From Ginglymostoma cirratum (lineage: Eukaryota): 64,000 nucleotides of DNA. The first letter of the stretch is position 1; every line of letters starts with the position of its first letter. A program made the translations under genes and the position numbers. The stretch spans positions 9,953,385 through 10,017,384 of the forward strand of contig JAHRHZ010000087.1 in assembly GCA_024137785.1 (NCBI GenBank), written 5' to 3'. Positions 11,878-24,530 of this stretch are shown here, piece after piece. The notes under the pieces are model-generated. The model did not search any database and was not told the origin of the DNA. It worked only from the letters and a program-made list of their open reading frames with translations.

Positions 11878-12619
11878 TTATTTCAAAATGCTTTGCAAAG
11901 AAATCCAATACATGCCTTGGGAACAAAAAAATTAATTACTGCCTCCCAGTTTGTGTCTTTGCCGTTCTCAGTCTTCAAGCCACTTGCTCTTTCAAACACA
12001 TAGAACCTCAGTTTATAGTTGGCTGATGACGTTTTTCATATTCATTACCTAACTTGAATCTGTAAATCTGCCTTATCATTCCTTTTTCTTTGCTGAACAT
12101 CTCTTCCATATGTTCTTTTAGGAATAAACTCAATCTTGAGTTTAACAATGTTCGTGAGTGTCAACTACGTAGCTGCCTATCTGTAGATGAACATTGCAAC
12201 CATTTGCTGTATTAACTTTTAGTAGGTTTTCAATGAGAGAGAAATGATCAAGTTCAGATGTGTGAGATTAGATAAATACTGTGGCATTCAAGAATGTTTG
12301 GGGGTAGGGGTGTTAAGGGCTCAAGTCTGGCATCTAGCAAAATTTCCGGTAGATGTATTTGGCAGCAATTGGCATGTCAACTCGAGGGCTTCACTATAAG
12401 CGTGCCCCTGATGACAGAATTCTGATAACAATGGGAGGAAAAAAAGCCAGGTTTGCATTTAGGTAGTTCCAGAGATGTGATCGGGTACTAAGGTCAAGTG
12501 ATTTATATTCATTAATTAATGTTTGAAATACAGTAAAAGAGAGAGTGTTATGGAAGCTTATGTTGCAATCAGTTTCGACACAGTAAAGATTTAGCAAACA
12601 CAAAAGGAAATTAACGACA

Positions 12620-13110
12620 AGCTATTCTGTTTTGGCTGGTGATGGTTGAGGGAGGAATACTACACAGGACAGAGTATTCTCTCCCAAAACTGTCACAAGG
12701 TTCTTTAGGGCTACTTAGCAATTAAATCAAAACTTTAACAAAAAGGCAGTGGACGTACAGGAATACCACAACACTGCTGCTTGCAAGTTTCCTACCTAGC
12801 CACACACCATCCAGACATGGTACGACATCACTGAACCTTTGGTACTGTTAAGTCAAAATCCTGAGACTTTCTCCACAACAGATCAAAGAGTATTTAAACC
12901 AATGCACTGCAATGGTTCAAAAATGTAGCTCACCACCACATTCTCAAGGGCAATTAGGAACAAACAAAAAAATTTTGCTTGAAAGGATAAAGTTCAAAAA
13001 AGCCTTGGTTTAAGATCTCTTCCAAAAATACCATCACTGATCATCCCTAATCCATGAAGTAGGCAGTCGAGATTACATGCCCGAGTTTTCAAGTAGGAAT
13101 TTGGACAACT
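12620..13110 (-). mobile_element. Deu-type SINE relic interrupted by a + strand LINE 3' fragment (~12755-12980)
   Basis: ggtgatggttgagggaggaatac...caggaca and ccttggtttaagatctc are reverse-complement Deu pieces on either side of gctcaccaccacattctcaagggcaattagg. Confidence 0.5.
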
Positions 13111-14053
13111 AGAAGATGCCAAAAGGAGGTGGCAACTTCAGAAATTAGCACATCATGTGGAGACTCTAACACTTTGTAATCAACTCATGCATGCTGAACA
13201 TGAAGACTTCATAATGTTCCTGATATAAAAAAAAACAAGGAAATTAAACTGTCCACACGGTGGCAGTGTATGTATCTGAAATTCAGGATGCTATTTGTCT
13301 AGATATTCACATGATCGTTTTAATGGAAGAGGAATGAAAATTCCTGGAACAAAACTAAAGGACACAAGTGGTTTTGCTGAAGAACTACAGTTATCAATGT
13401 TTCAGATTAATCCAGTTTTTCTTCAACTCTCAATACTGTAACAAAGGAATTAAACAAGCAATTTATTTAGTTAGCTTAGTGGTATATGTTGGTTCAGTTA
13501 TTCAGTTTATCTTCCTGCCTTAACATAACTTAATTCCTCAGTTTTCCTCTCATTACTCAACCCTAAATAAGTAAATTGCACTCTACCTGCTGAGTGAATG
13601 GAATGGTTTTTGTCCCAGTTTCCTGCCCCTCCCCGTTTGAAGGGATTAGTACCGGAAACTAGAAGTCTGTCATGTTTAAGGGACCATTCAACATTTCCAC
13701 ATTAAATACAGATTAATGCTTCTTATTCTGCCCCAATAACATGCCTTAATCTAGCATTAGGAGTGTGCTTTTACTTTTTTGTTTCGCCCCGCAGATTTCC
13801 AACTGCAACTGCTTGCAGGTGGTTTTGCATTGTAGACCAAAGTCCACAAGGAGCAGAATATAAACCAGCCAAAAACTTATTTGACAGAAGGAAAGTATTT
13901 ATACCACCAGCCTGGATGTGGATCGGAACCCATATTCACATCCAAATAGTGAAAATCAAATCGAGAACCAACCACCCATCTAAATCATGGATTTATTTCA
14001 CATCTATTAATTTGAAGTTTGGTAGCTTAAATTGAGCTTCTAACAAATTATTC

Positions 14054-14054
<1 letters not shown>

Positions 14055-14090
<36 letters not shown>
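14055..14090. repeat. (AC)18 microsatellite
   Basis: Perfect dinucleotide run. Confidence 0.97.
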
Positions 14091-14091
<1 letters not shown>

Positions 14092-14105
14092 ATCCACAAA
14101 CCTAC

Positions 14106-14146
14106 CAATAGCATTTCCATCAAGTCTTGTTGATCCAGTGAATATC
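14106..14146 (-). CDS. ARFGEF2: ARFGEF2 exon 24 (41 nt), IFTGSTRLDGNAI
   Basis: tcag|G..G|gtaggt; phase 2-1. Confidence 0.95.
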
Positions 14147-14459
14147 CTGAAATGAAAAAGTGAAATTAAAACGATTGTTCTCTTAGATGTATTCTCAAAC
14201 GAGAAATGCCCAAACTGATGAACATATCACACTGGACTTGCATCTTGAATATGAATAAATTGGCTTGCACAAACTAAGAAGCAGATATAACTCAAGTTCC
14301 ACAGCCATGTGTCATGATGCAACTCTTATTCTTAATATATTTTTACATATCAAGGGTTGCCACTGTCCGCTAGTCACCCATTTCAGGTACTAGAGTTCAG
14401 TCTGACTGAAATTAAGCACAAATGAATTCAGCCAAATATCTTATTTACATCAAGTTGGC

Positions 14460-15110
14460 AGTGGCCCAACACCACTATCGAAGATGGCAAAGGCACAGAA
14501 TATGCACTGAATCAATGTCCATCAGTGGATGCACACACTATTGTTGTATAGTACAATTACCACTCTAGAAGAAATTCACAATAGATCAGGCAGCTCAAAA
14601 CTCAAAATCCACATGGCACGGTGGACCAATTACAGCAGCATAATATTCAACAATACGTAACCTGAGGCATATCCCTCAATTGACGACTACCGTTAAGCCT
14701 GATGGGACTAATCCTGATTCAATAGGGAGCAAAGGAGGGTAATACCAAGAGCAGCTCCAGATATATTGAAAAATAAAATCCCAAACTGGAAAAAAGTTAG
14801 AGGACTGCATAGATGATAATCAGCAGAAACAGCATATTCCAGACAAAGCTAAGCAATCCCACAACTAACATGTCAGCTTAAAGCTTCTGCTGGTCTTTTA
14901 AGATGATTAACAGGAGGAAATGCTCAATAATGATGAGAGCCCAGCACAGCAAAAATGGATAAAGGTTGAAACATTAACCATCATCTGCCAGAAATGCCAA
15001 GTAGACGATTCACCTTTGCCAGAGGTCCCCACAATTTACAGGCTTCAGTCAATGGACTCACTTTATATCAAAAAAAGATGGCAGGTCACAGTCAAAGTCA
15101 ATTAGAGATG
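14460..15110 (+). mobile_element. Decayed LINE ORF2 internal fragment
   Basis: Recalled LINE landmarks gacaaagctaagcaatcccacaac, cagaaatgccaagtagacgat, gaggtccccaca; no intact ORF. Confidence 0.5.
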
Positions 15111-15744
15111 GCCTTTAAACATTGACCTTGCCACAAAGTATCCACAAACAAATAAAAGACAGACCAATTGGTACTGAATCAATACTTTCCTTTCGGAGGC
15201 TATAAAATTATAGGAATACGTAATATTACATTTCACACCGAAGTAGTGCAAAAATTGGTCTTCTTCGGCCAGGATTGATGTTGTATAGAGATGCATTGCA
15301 ATTCTCAACCTGGAATGACTTCATGATATGCTGTGCTTGAAAAAGTTTCACCCATGCTCAAAGAAAAAAAAAAATAAAGTGTCCTTAAAGTTAGTCTATT
15401 TGCTAATCATTTATGTTTGTATTAAAGTATAGATTTTAAATTCTACACAATGACATCTGGAATGAGTAAAACCACACAAAAAAAAAAACTTCCATTAAAA
15501 TAGGGAGGATTGCAAGGGATACAAATCTCCAAAAATAGCTCTACTTAACAAGTTTTGGTGCCTCTGTTCAGAGCAATGACTACAAATATATAACAGGACA
15601 ATAGCAGAAGTGGCTTAATAAACAATTCTGAATACCCTTTTCTTTTGTCTTATGCTAATGTAGCGAGAGGAAGAGTTCAAAACATAGTTGAAAATTGCTC
15701 AAGATAAAACATGCAAAATCCATAGTAAGAGGTTTTTCTTTTAC

Positions 15745-15838
15745 CTATCCACAGCCACAACTACACTCTGGGAGCTGGTCTCGCCCACAGATTCCTGAAT
15801 ACTGGCTATGTGTTTTTTATCCATAGTGCCAAAGGTAC
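15745..15838 (-). CDS. ARFGEF2: ARFGEF2 exon 23 (94 nt), [31 protein letters not shown]
   Basis: acag|GT..AG|gtaaaa; phase 1-2. Confidence 0.93.
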
Positions 15839-15949
15839 CTGTAAGCAAAGAAACCCCACAAAATTAGCATTATACATACTTCAGAGTAAGGAAATACTCA
15901 ATAAATGTTGGCCACCTGTCTCCTAGTGTTTTCCCCTGGCTTAGCACTT

Positions 15950-17610
15950 ATTTCACTACCAAACACATTGAATGTTTTCCCACAATATCAAAGTAAGTTA
16001 CCACTAATCCAACATGTTATACAACACAACATTTCTGCAATAACTGATTTGTTCATTCACATCCTCACTCCACCTTTGATGTCCCAAGCACCAGCAAAAT
16101 CATGACTTTACCATATTGCTTGGTCCTCTGGTACGACCCGCATCTTTGCGCCTTCAAATTTCAGAGATAAAAACTTGAACAAAACTACTGGAAACTGGTC
16201 AGCCATTCGTCATATTGAACTGGACTAAACTATTCGGTTCTTAGTCTAATTTGTTAAAGTTGCTAACTGTTCCACATTCAACCTGCAATGCGAAGTTTAC
16301 ACCTTATCATACTTGTCTTATAAAACAAAAATCTCAACTCCCTCCATCCTTGCAAATCTCCTGCCCTCCAACCACATATGAAGTCCTTGAATATATTCCC
16401 GATTCCCAAACCTGAGCCCATATTTTCTGGAAATTCATATCTGAATCCTTCCAATCAGGATTGTCAACCTCGACACAGTACAGTTGTGTTCTCATCAAAT
16501 AACAAACCACAAATGTGACGGTGACAATGGTAAACTAATCCTCCTCAACACATCTGCAAGGATTTGACATTATTGACAACACCAACTTTCATCAGTGCCT
16601 TTCCAGTTATCCAGCTGGGCAGGACTGCAAAGTTTTTACTTATTTTTACTTATCCAGTTATGGCCAGAAAACCAACTGCAATTGCTTTCCCTGCACTGTT
16701 ACCTCTGAAGTCCCCACCAATTTATGCTACAGTCCTCATTTTTAAATTTGCAGGCTTCCCTTCGGTGACATCGTCCAAAAATGGAGATAGTTTTCACAAA
16801 TATTGACAACATTCAGCTGTACTTCAGCACCTCTCTCAATTCCTTCACTATCATGTTAATTGTTCAACATTTAGCAGTTGTCAAGCAAACAAAAAAAAAA
16901 AAACATCCTCGATATATTGGTGGGACACAGATTCTATTTTCTTCAGTCCTCACTATTAACCTCCATTCTTCAGTCCTCGAGTTCATCACTCTCCCTGGAA
17001 AACATGAGACTTATCTAGACTGTTCACCACTTTAACTCAGCAACCAATGAGACCAATCTTCTGACCATCACTAAGACTACTATTTCTACCTTCACGAGAT
17101 TCTCCCCTTTGCTGTACCTCAGCTCCTGCTGCCATAACCTTCAACTCTGCTTTTGATAAAACAGAACTTGACCAATCCATTCACTTCCCTCATTCACCCA
17201 TCAGAATTATTCTCACTGACCTAGGTTGGCTTCTGTTTAAATTATGCCTTAATTTTAACACACTCAACTTAGCTTTCAACTTCCAACATGGTCCTAATCC
17301 TACAACCCACTGAGATACCTGTAATCTTTCAATGCTTTCAGGTGCTGAAGCATCCCTAATTTTAACTGCCTACAATTTGCATCTATGTCTCAGCTGACAT
17401 GGCCCAAGCTCAAGAATTCATTCCCTAAGACTCATTTCTTTTTCTTTCATCCATGAAGTTGCTCCTTCAAACTTATATCTGTCAAGTAGCATTTTGTTAG
17501 CTATCCTAATAGCTGTTTGTTTTGTTCTCAGCTAAATTTTGGCAACACTCCTATGAAATATCTTGGAACCTTTTAGCACATTAAAAGCACTAAATAAATA
17601 TGAAGTTTAC
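15950..17610 (+). mobile_element. L2-like LINE, heavily decayed RT and 3' end
   Basis: ttccaatcaggatt...cacagtacag..ctcatcaaa (QSGF..HST..LIK) and tttgacattattgac (FDxxD); L2-type tail near 17560-17610. Confidence 0.6.
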
Positions 17611-17917
17611 ACTGCTATTATAAACTGATCTGATAATTTTCTTGGTGTTCAAGTAGACTCTCTTCCTTGGATGAGTATTGTACAAGCAATGTAGACCAAG
17701 TTGAGCTCGGACATTATAAAAGTAATTTCTTTTTGTATCTATTTAGTGTATATTTTTCAGTTTTCAACAATTCAATCAAATACAAACCAATGATTTGTAT
17801 TACAATGGAAAAGCAGCAATAGTCTTGAACGTGACATTATCTTTGCTTGATAACTAAACCAACTATTGAATAGGCAGTTCTAAAGTGCACAGTCCACTGA
17901 TGGCCACACTTGAAGTA

Positions 17918-18120
17918 AAGTCGTCATAGTCCCTGAGGAAAATAGGACTGCCCTCATTAGGGGGGAGACAATTGGTGGTTGTTTTAACCAAAGGGTCACC
18001 ACACCTCAGGTGGGGGTCAAAGTTGAAAAGGTGAGACCTTCAGCCAGAATGGAAACCCTGCTGTTGGTGTCACTCTGCACTACAAATTAGAAGTCTAGCC
18101 AACTGACTCCCTACACTACT
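17918..18120 (-). mobile_element. tRNA-derived SINE with probable TSD
   Basis: tRNA-like head on minus strand near 18040-18110; CTTGAAGTA direct repeat at 17909-17917 and 18121-18129. Confidence 0.65.
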
Positions 18121-18772
18121 CTTGAAGTACAGTACTGTCTTTCTGACTTCCTGGAACTGCCATCTAAATTTATAAGACAATTGCCATTTTCAAGGTGACA
18201 CTGAAAGAGTCTACTTTTTGAAACGCAATAGTACAAGTAGGCAGGGTCAATGACAGTGAAAAAAGGTGCGTCAACTTGTCTTTGCTATACAATCTTGAAG
18301 TAACTTAATATCCCAGGAATTATTCATTTGCTGCAGATCTTTGAGGTTTAAATGTCATAAAATTGGGATGTTGTCCTTTGCATAAAAATAGTCTTTTCCC
18401 CTCCATGTATAACATAAGCATAAAGGAAAAATGCAGTTAAATTACAACTACAGAAAGGAAAAAAGTATCACCAAAAAAGTGTAAGTTCATCATTCTGTTG
18501 CCAAATATATAAGTACAAATTACACTTAATTGTGAACGTGACGTCTTGAAAACAAAAGTGCTCTAAATAAGTTAGCGAGTACTTTATGCTTGGTCAAAAG
18601 AAAAGTGCCCTGACTTAAAGAGAATGGACAACTTAGTTTACAATACGATAATTACAATTCAAAACATGAAAACGCAACTATTCACAACAATTGAGCAGAA
18701 CATTTCAAAAGAAAGGTTTGCAGTTGATGCATCCACACAATAGCTTTACTATGAAGAAGTTATTCATTTTAC

Positions 18773-18914
18773 CTAGTCCTAAGAATTCTTCTCCTCCAGT
18801 TCCAGAACTTGCAGTGAATCCATCTTTAGCTCGCAGAGAACCAGAAACATATTTAGTCTTGACCCCTGTACCTATCAACTGTGCCAGCTCCAGCTGGCTA
18901 ATGCACTTCAGTAT
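18773..18914 (-). CDS. ARFGEF2: ARFGEF2 exon 22 (142 nt), [22 protein letters not shown]...GEEFLGL
   Basis: ctag|ATA..G|gtaaaa; phase 0-1. Confidence 0.93.
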
Positions 18915-19224
18915 CTAGGAACATGAAGATTAGAAATTCAACAAGTTACCTTTGGAAAAAAAAAGGGTGTTTGAGATGAAATTTGACATTCCAGTTACCT
19001 CTAAACTGATTAGAATGTTTGCATTTTGTCTGGAAGAAAATGTTCAGTTTTGTTTGTACTTAAAATCAGAAGTGGACATATAATCACAAAATACAGAATT
19101 AATTTCATCATTTGAAACATTTCGCCTAAAAAAATTCTGCTTTCATCCAGCGTACATCTGTCTTAAGATTAGCCCGCTTTTAAGAAAAGGACCAAACAAA
19201 AAGATGGAAAGTTGCAAGTATTTC

Positions 19225-19425
19225 ACACAGAATCCCTACAGTGTGGAAGCAGGCCATTTGGCTCAGAGTTCACAACAACCTTCTGAACAGCATCCCATCC
19301 AGAACCCCCCGCCCCCCCCACCTTATTCCTGTAAGCCTGCAAACTCCAAATAGACAGTTGCCCGCGGGTGGAATTGAACCTGGGTCTCTGACATTGCGGC
19401 AGTAGTGCTAACCATTGAGCTGCCC
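19225..19425 (-). mobile_element. HE1-like SINE with internal deletion
   Basis: Minus-strand head GCTCAATGGTTAGCACT...GGTTCAATTCC...GGAGTTTGCA; CR1-like tail AATGGCCTGCTTCCACACTGTAGGGATTCT. Confidence 0.7.
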
Positions 19426-19865
19426 AAGTGATGAATTATTAGGAATGTTGTTTACGCTACCCAAATTGTTTCTAAAGCGACAAATGACAAGATAAATTCA
19501 CTGAAAATTAAAATATTGGAAATTTCCACACACAAGCAGTTATTTGAAGCGTTTAAGCAGTGTGTTAAACACTATTGACAATGCTTTCTACTGAGGCTTT
19601 TGACTGATACAGAAAGTTGTACTATGACCAAATCCTGTGACAGTTCCAGCTATACATTTTTTTTAAAAATAGCCCAAATTTATCATTCAATATTGTAAGA
19701 GAAATATTGGCATGGTGGAGGTCGACCTTCCTGCTTTAAATTAATTACATGGGACCAAAAACAGGATATTTCATCTGGTCAGATGATACACACTCATGCA
19801 AGCCAGACACTTATTAACTGCTTTGATATGGTATTGTTATTATGTCAGCGCTAGATCGAAGCAGA

Positions 19866-19980
19866 AGGGCTCTTGTGGTGTGCTGGTAGTAACCCCATCT
19901 CTCAGCCAGGATCTGTGTTCAAGTCCCACCTGCTTCAGGAGGTGTAATAACATTTCTGTACTGTTTGATTAGAAAGTATC
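19866..19980 (+). mobile_element. Short tRNA-headed SINE
   Basis: B-box-like GTTCAAGTCC; similar to 51243-51345. Confidence 0.5.
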
Positions 19981-20133
19981 TAGGTCCAAGCAGTGGTTAC
20001 CAACAATTAAACAGAACAAGCTACGTACAGCCACGAACAATAGTAAAATAAACTTAAACAGAGGTCTAGCTAGTTTGACCACAAGTTTTGCTTCTTAGTT
20101 ACTTGCTTAGCCTTTGTGTATTGAATCATATTA

Positions 20134-20388
<255 letters not shown>

Positions 20389-21024
20389 CTAAACAAATGA
20401 TTCATTATTTTATTTGATTTCAAATGTAAAATTACTATGCAAAAATAGTTACAACAACGTTCAACAACTTCCTTGTATTAGGAGCAAGAAAAATTGGGAT
20501 TTGATTTCAGTGGGATCCATCTTTCTGTATTAAGACAAACAGCCTACTTTATCAACATTCAATCCCAGACAGGACCCACTCTTGGTCAAAAAAACGTTGG
20601 CACAAACAAAACAATTGCCTTTAGCCCTACAACTGAGTTCATTCTTTTCTGAGCAAGGTCTTGTGAGTAAACTTGTTTTTGACAAGCTGTATGCCTAATT
20701 TGACAAGAAGCTAAGGTTTTGATGCCATATCTTCTTCACCCAAAAAAAACCACCACTAATTACTTACAACCCTACTTCATATTAACATAGATGTTGCTGA
20801 AACTTTCTTCCTTTATTCAATGCTCTAGATTTGACTATCTTAATGCTTTCTTGATCACCCTTCCAATTTCTATCCTCCACCAATGTGTTCAACCAAAACT
20901 CTGCTACCTAAGTCACCTTTGCCAATCACACCTCTATGCTTAATGGCCACCAATACTTCAATTTTGAAATTATCTGTAGGTTCAAATCTCCCTACGGCCT
21001 TGTCTCTTCCTAATAACTTACCAG

Positions 21025-21770
21025 GAAGAATAGAAAAGCAGCATGTAACTTATATGGAAACAGATTGCAGAACTTTGCAGTATAAAAGGAATCAAAGTGC
21101 TCTGACACACGAATCACAAAATAAGTGTGCGCAGGTACAGTAAGTGACTAAGCAGGCCAATTCAACACTGTCATTTATTGAAACTGGGATGGAAAATAAC
21201 AGGTAGGTTTTGCTGTAGTACAGGGTGTTGGAGGAACTATATTTGGTGTACCGTGCAGAGCTCGTCGTCTTAGACGGAAACGGACATAGCTGCATAGCAG
21301 TTTAGATAAGGCCACTTGGTCTATTTCCAGAAAGATAGATTTTTCTTATGTGCAAAGGTGTAACGGGTCATATCTGTATCTAATAGGGTTTTGGGGGAAC
21401 AATGGGTTATCTTTTCTAAAAATGTAAGATTCTGAATAGTTTGAAAGGGTGGATGCCACAATAATGTTACCCCCATTTGGGAAAAGCTAGACAGTTTAAA
21501 AGGAGAGGACACCAGTTTCAAAATAAAGGGATCTCCCAATATAAAGGTGGAAACAATAAACTTTTTCCACTGAGAATTGTTGAAACTAGGTTCTGCAAAG
21601 AGCAGTTGAGGCAGGGTCATTGAATATTTTCAAAGCAGAGTGAGCTAGATTCTTGACAGACAAGGGTGTCCAAGGGAATAGGTGATAGACAGGGAAGTTG
21701 AAACCATGACCTGCCAAATGGCAGGGTAAGCTTGAGGGACAGAATGGCCTACACTTTCTGCATGTATGTC
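21025..21770 (+). mobile_element. CR1-like LINE 3' fragment, decayed
   Basis: gtgcaggtacagtaagt..aaggc, aaaataaaggg, gagctagattcttgac, agaatggcctac landmarks of CR1 ORF2 end and 3' UTR. Confidence 0.65.
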
Positions 21771-22116
21771 CGTACGCCTATTCCACTCTACAACCCTTTA
21801 CAAACTCTGCATTTCTCCAAGTTATACATTCCCCAAAGCCTTTGCATGACCACTGCTGGTCTATTATGTATCCCTGATTTTGCATGCACTTGCACAGGCA
21901 GGTGCTAATCTCTTTAGTTTCCTCACAAAACGATGACATCTCCCAGACAGGTATTCCAACAGCAAGAAAGTCAGGAACTAGGAATTGTCTCAATTTATGT
22001 TCTGAAGAACAAAAGATTCCACACAATGTGAGAAAAGCTTAAAACAGAGCTCCGAGAAAGAAGCCGACAAATCTGAAATAATAGAGTATTCAGGTTGAGG
22101 GTGTGAGAACACGTAC

Positions 22117-22245
22117 CTGCATGCTAAAAATGCAGGCTATCCTAACAGCGCATCGGATGCCTTCCAGGCAAAGAAAGGCAACATCAGGATCATCACAGTC
22201 TTGCAAGCCAACACTGAATGCTGCTAAAAGTGGTGTCCATGCCAG
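22117..22245 (-). CDS. ARFGEF2: ARFGEF2 exon 20 (129 nt), [19 protein letters not shown]...IACIFSMQ (HDS1)
   Basis: gcag|CTG..CAG|gtacgt; phase 0-0. Confidence 0.95.
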
Positions 22246-22502
22246 CTGCAAACAAAAACGTATATATGTTGAGCAGTATTTCCTATCAAACCTAATGCCA
22301 ACAATATCTCAAAGTTGAAAGCATCTTCCTTGAAAGCAAGGGAAACAAAACTGTTGCACGGCATTCCTGTTTTTTTACAAAATAAGTTGGAAACAAAATT
22401 ACTGTTGTAACAACACAAAGTATAACTCAATGAAATAATTCCACCTGTAAAACTGCACATTTTCCTCTAAACTAAATACAAATAGTTGTATCATCTATAA
22501 AT

Positions 22503-24360
22503 ACAGGCGAGGTGCCGAATGACTGGAGTGTGGCTAACGTTGTGCCTTTAGTTAAGAAGGGATGTAGGGAGAAGCCTGAGAATTATAGACCTTTGAGGTT
22601 GACTCAGGTGGTGGATAAGTTGTTGGAAGTGATTCTGAAAGACAGAATTTATATACATTTGGAGTGGCGAGGAATGATTAGGAATGGTCAGCATGGTTTT
22701 GTGTGAGGGAATTCCTGTCTCACAAACTTGATTGAGTTTTTGAGGAAGTAACCAAGAGGATTGAGGGAGGCAGAGCAGTAGACTGTTTACTTGGGCTTTG
22801 GTAAAGCCTTTGACAAGGTTCCGCATTGTAGACTAATTAGTAAAGTTAAATCACATGCGATTCAGGGTGAACTTGCCAATTGGATATGAAATTGCTTCTT
22901 GGTAGGAGACAGTGATGGTGAAGGGTTGTTTTTTTGGATTGTCCCACAAGAATTGGTGCTGGGTCCACTTTTGTCATTTATATAAATGGTTTAGATGAGA
23001 ATATAGAAAACATGGTTAGTCAGTTTGTGATGACATCAAGATTGGTAGTATAGTGCACAGTGAAGGAGGTTATCTAAGATTATAAAGAGATCTTGATCAA
23101 TCGGGTCAATGGGCTGAGGAGTGGCAAATGGAATTTAATTTGAATAAACGTGAGGTATTGCATTTTGGTAAAGCAAACAAAAGGTAAGACAATTAAAACT
23201 GGGGCCTTGGGTAGTGTTGTAGAACAGACTGTCCTCAGGTTTCAGGAACATAATTCTTTGTATCACGTATAGATAGGGTGGTTAGGAAGAAGTTTAGCGT
23301 GCTTGCCTTCATTGCTCAGACCAGAGTATAGGAGTTGGGGCAGTATGTGGACATTATACCGGATGTTAGTGAAGCCTCGTCTGGAGAACTGTGTCCATTT
23401 CTGATCTCCCTGTGACAGGAAGGATATTATTAAGCTGGAGGGAGTCTGGAAGAGATTTGCCAGGATGGAGGGTGTGAGTTATAAAGGTGAGGCTGGATAG
23501 CCTGAGACTTGTTTCACTAGACCATAAGAGGTTGAGAGGTCAGAGTCATACAGCATGGAAACAAACCCTTCGATCCAACCAGTCCATGCCAAACAAAATC
23601 CCAAATTAAACTAGTCCCACCTACCTGCTCCTAGCCCATAATCGCTCCAAACCTTTCCCATTCATACACTTATCCAATGTCTTTTAAAACGTTGCATTTG
23701 TACTCACATCCACCACTTTCAGGAAATTCATTCCACATGTGAATCACCTCCTGTGTAAAAGAAATTGCCCCTCATGCCTTCTTTAAATCCCTCTCCTTTC
23801 ACCGTAAAAATATGCCCCCATATCTTGAAATCCCCCATCCTAGGGAAAGACAACTACCATTAATTCTATCTATCCTCATGATTTTCTTAACTTGCCTCTC
23901 AACCTCCTACACTCCAGTGAAAACAGTCTCAGCCTATCCAGCTTTTCTTTATAACTCAAATCTTCCATACCCAGCAATATCCTGGTAAGTGACCTCGTAC
24001 GGGTTTATAAAATAAAGAGGTATAGATAAGGTCAATGCCAGCTGCCTTTTCCCTAGAGTGGAGGATTTCAAGACTTGGGGGCATAATTTGAAGTTGAGGG
24101 ACATACTTTTTAAGGTGAGAGGAGAAAAATTTTTAAAAAAGACAAAGGGCAATTGTTTTTTTTTAAAGGAAGTGGTTCATGTGCAGAATGAACTTCCAGA
24201 GGAAGTGGTGGATGCAGGTACAGTTGCAGCATTTAAAAGATAAGTACATGAATAAGAAATGTTTGGAGGGATATGGGACAAGCGCAGGTAGGCGAGACTA
24301 GTTTAGTTTGGGATTATGGTCAGCATGGACTGAAGGGTCTGTTTTAATGCTGTTTGACTT
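22503..24360 (+). mobile_element. CR1/HER1-like LINE, 5'-truncated, with nested antisense CR1
   Basis: ORF 22512-22706 (DWSVANVVPL..NYRPL..QHGFV) and ORF 24058-24243; 3' UTR ends near 24360. Confidence 0.9.
23541..23988 (-). mobile_element. CR1 3' fragment inserted antisense inside the host CR1
   Basis: Host breaks at GTTGAGAGGT (23540) and resumes at GTGACCT (23989); the insert is the reverse complement of a CR1 3' end. Confidence 0.85.
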
Positions 24361-24366
24361 TAATTT

Positions 24367-24382
24367 TCTCTCTCTCTCTCTC
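24367..24382. repeat. Short (TC)n run at the CR1 3' flank
   Basis: tctctctctctctctc. Confidence 0.85.
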
Positions 24383-24530
24383 TGAAGACTTCTACATCGT
24401 TGTCAACGAAAATGGAAATTTGCTTCCAGATCTCACGTGGTGGTCTGCATGAACCAACCATTCGTAGAACACAGCACAGTGACACAGCAGTGGATCTTCC
24501 ACTGTTCCACAAGTGGAGTAAATAGTCCGG

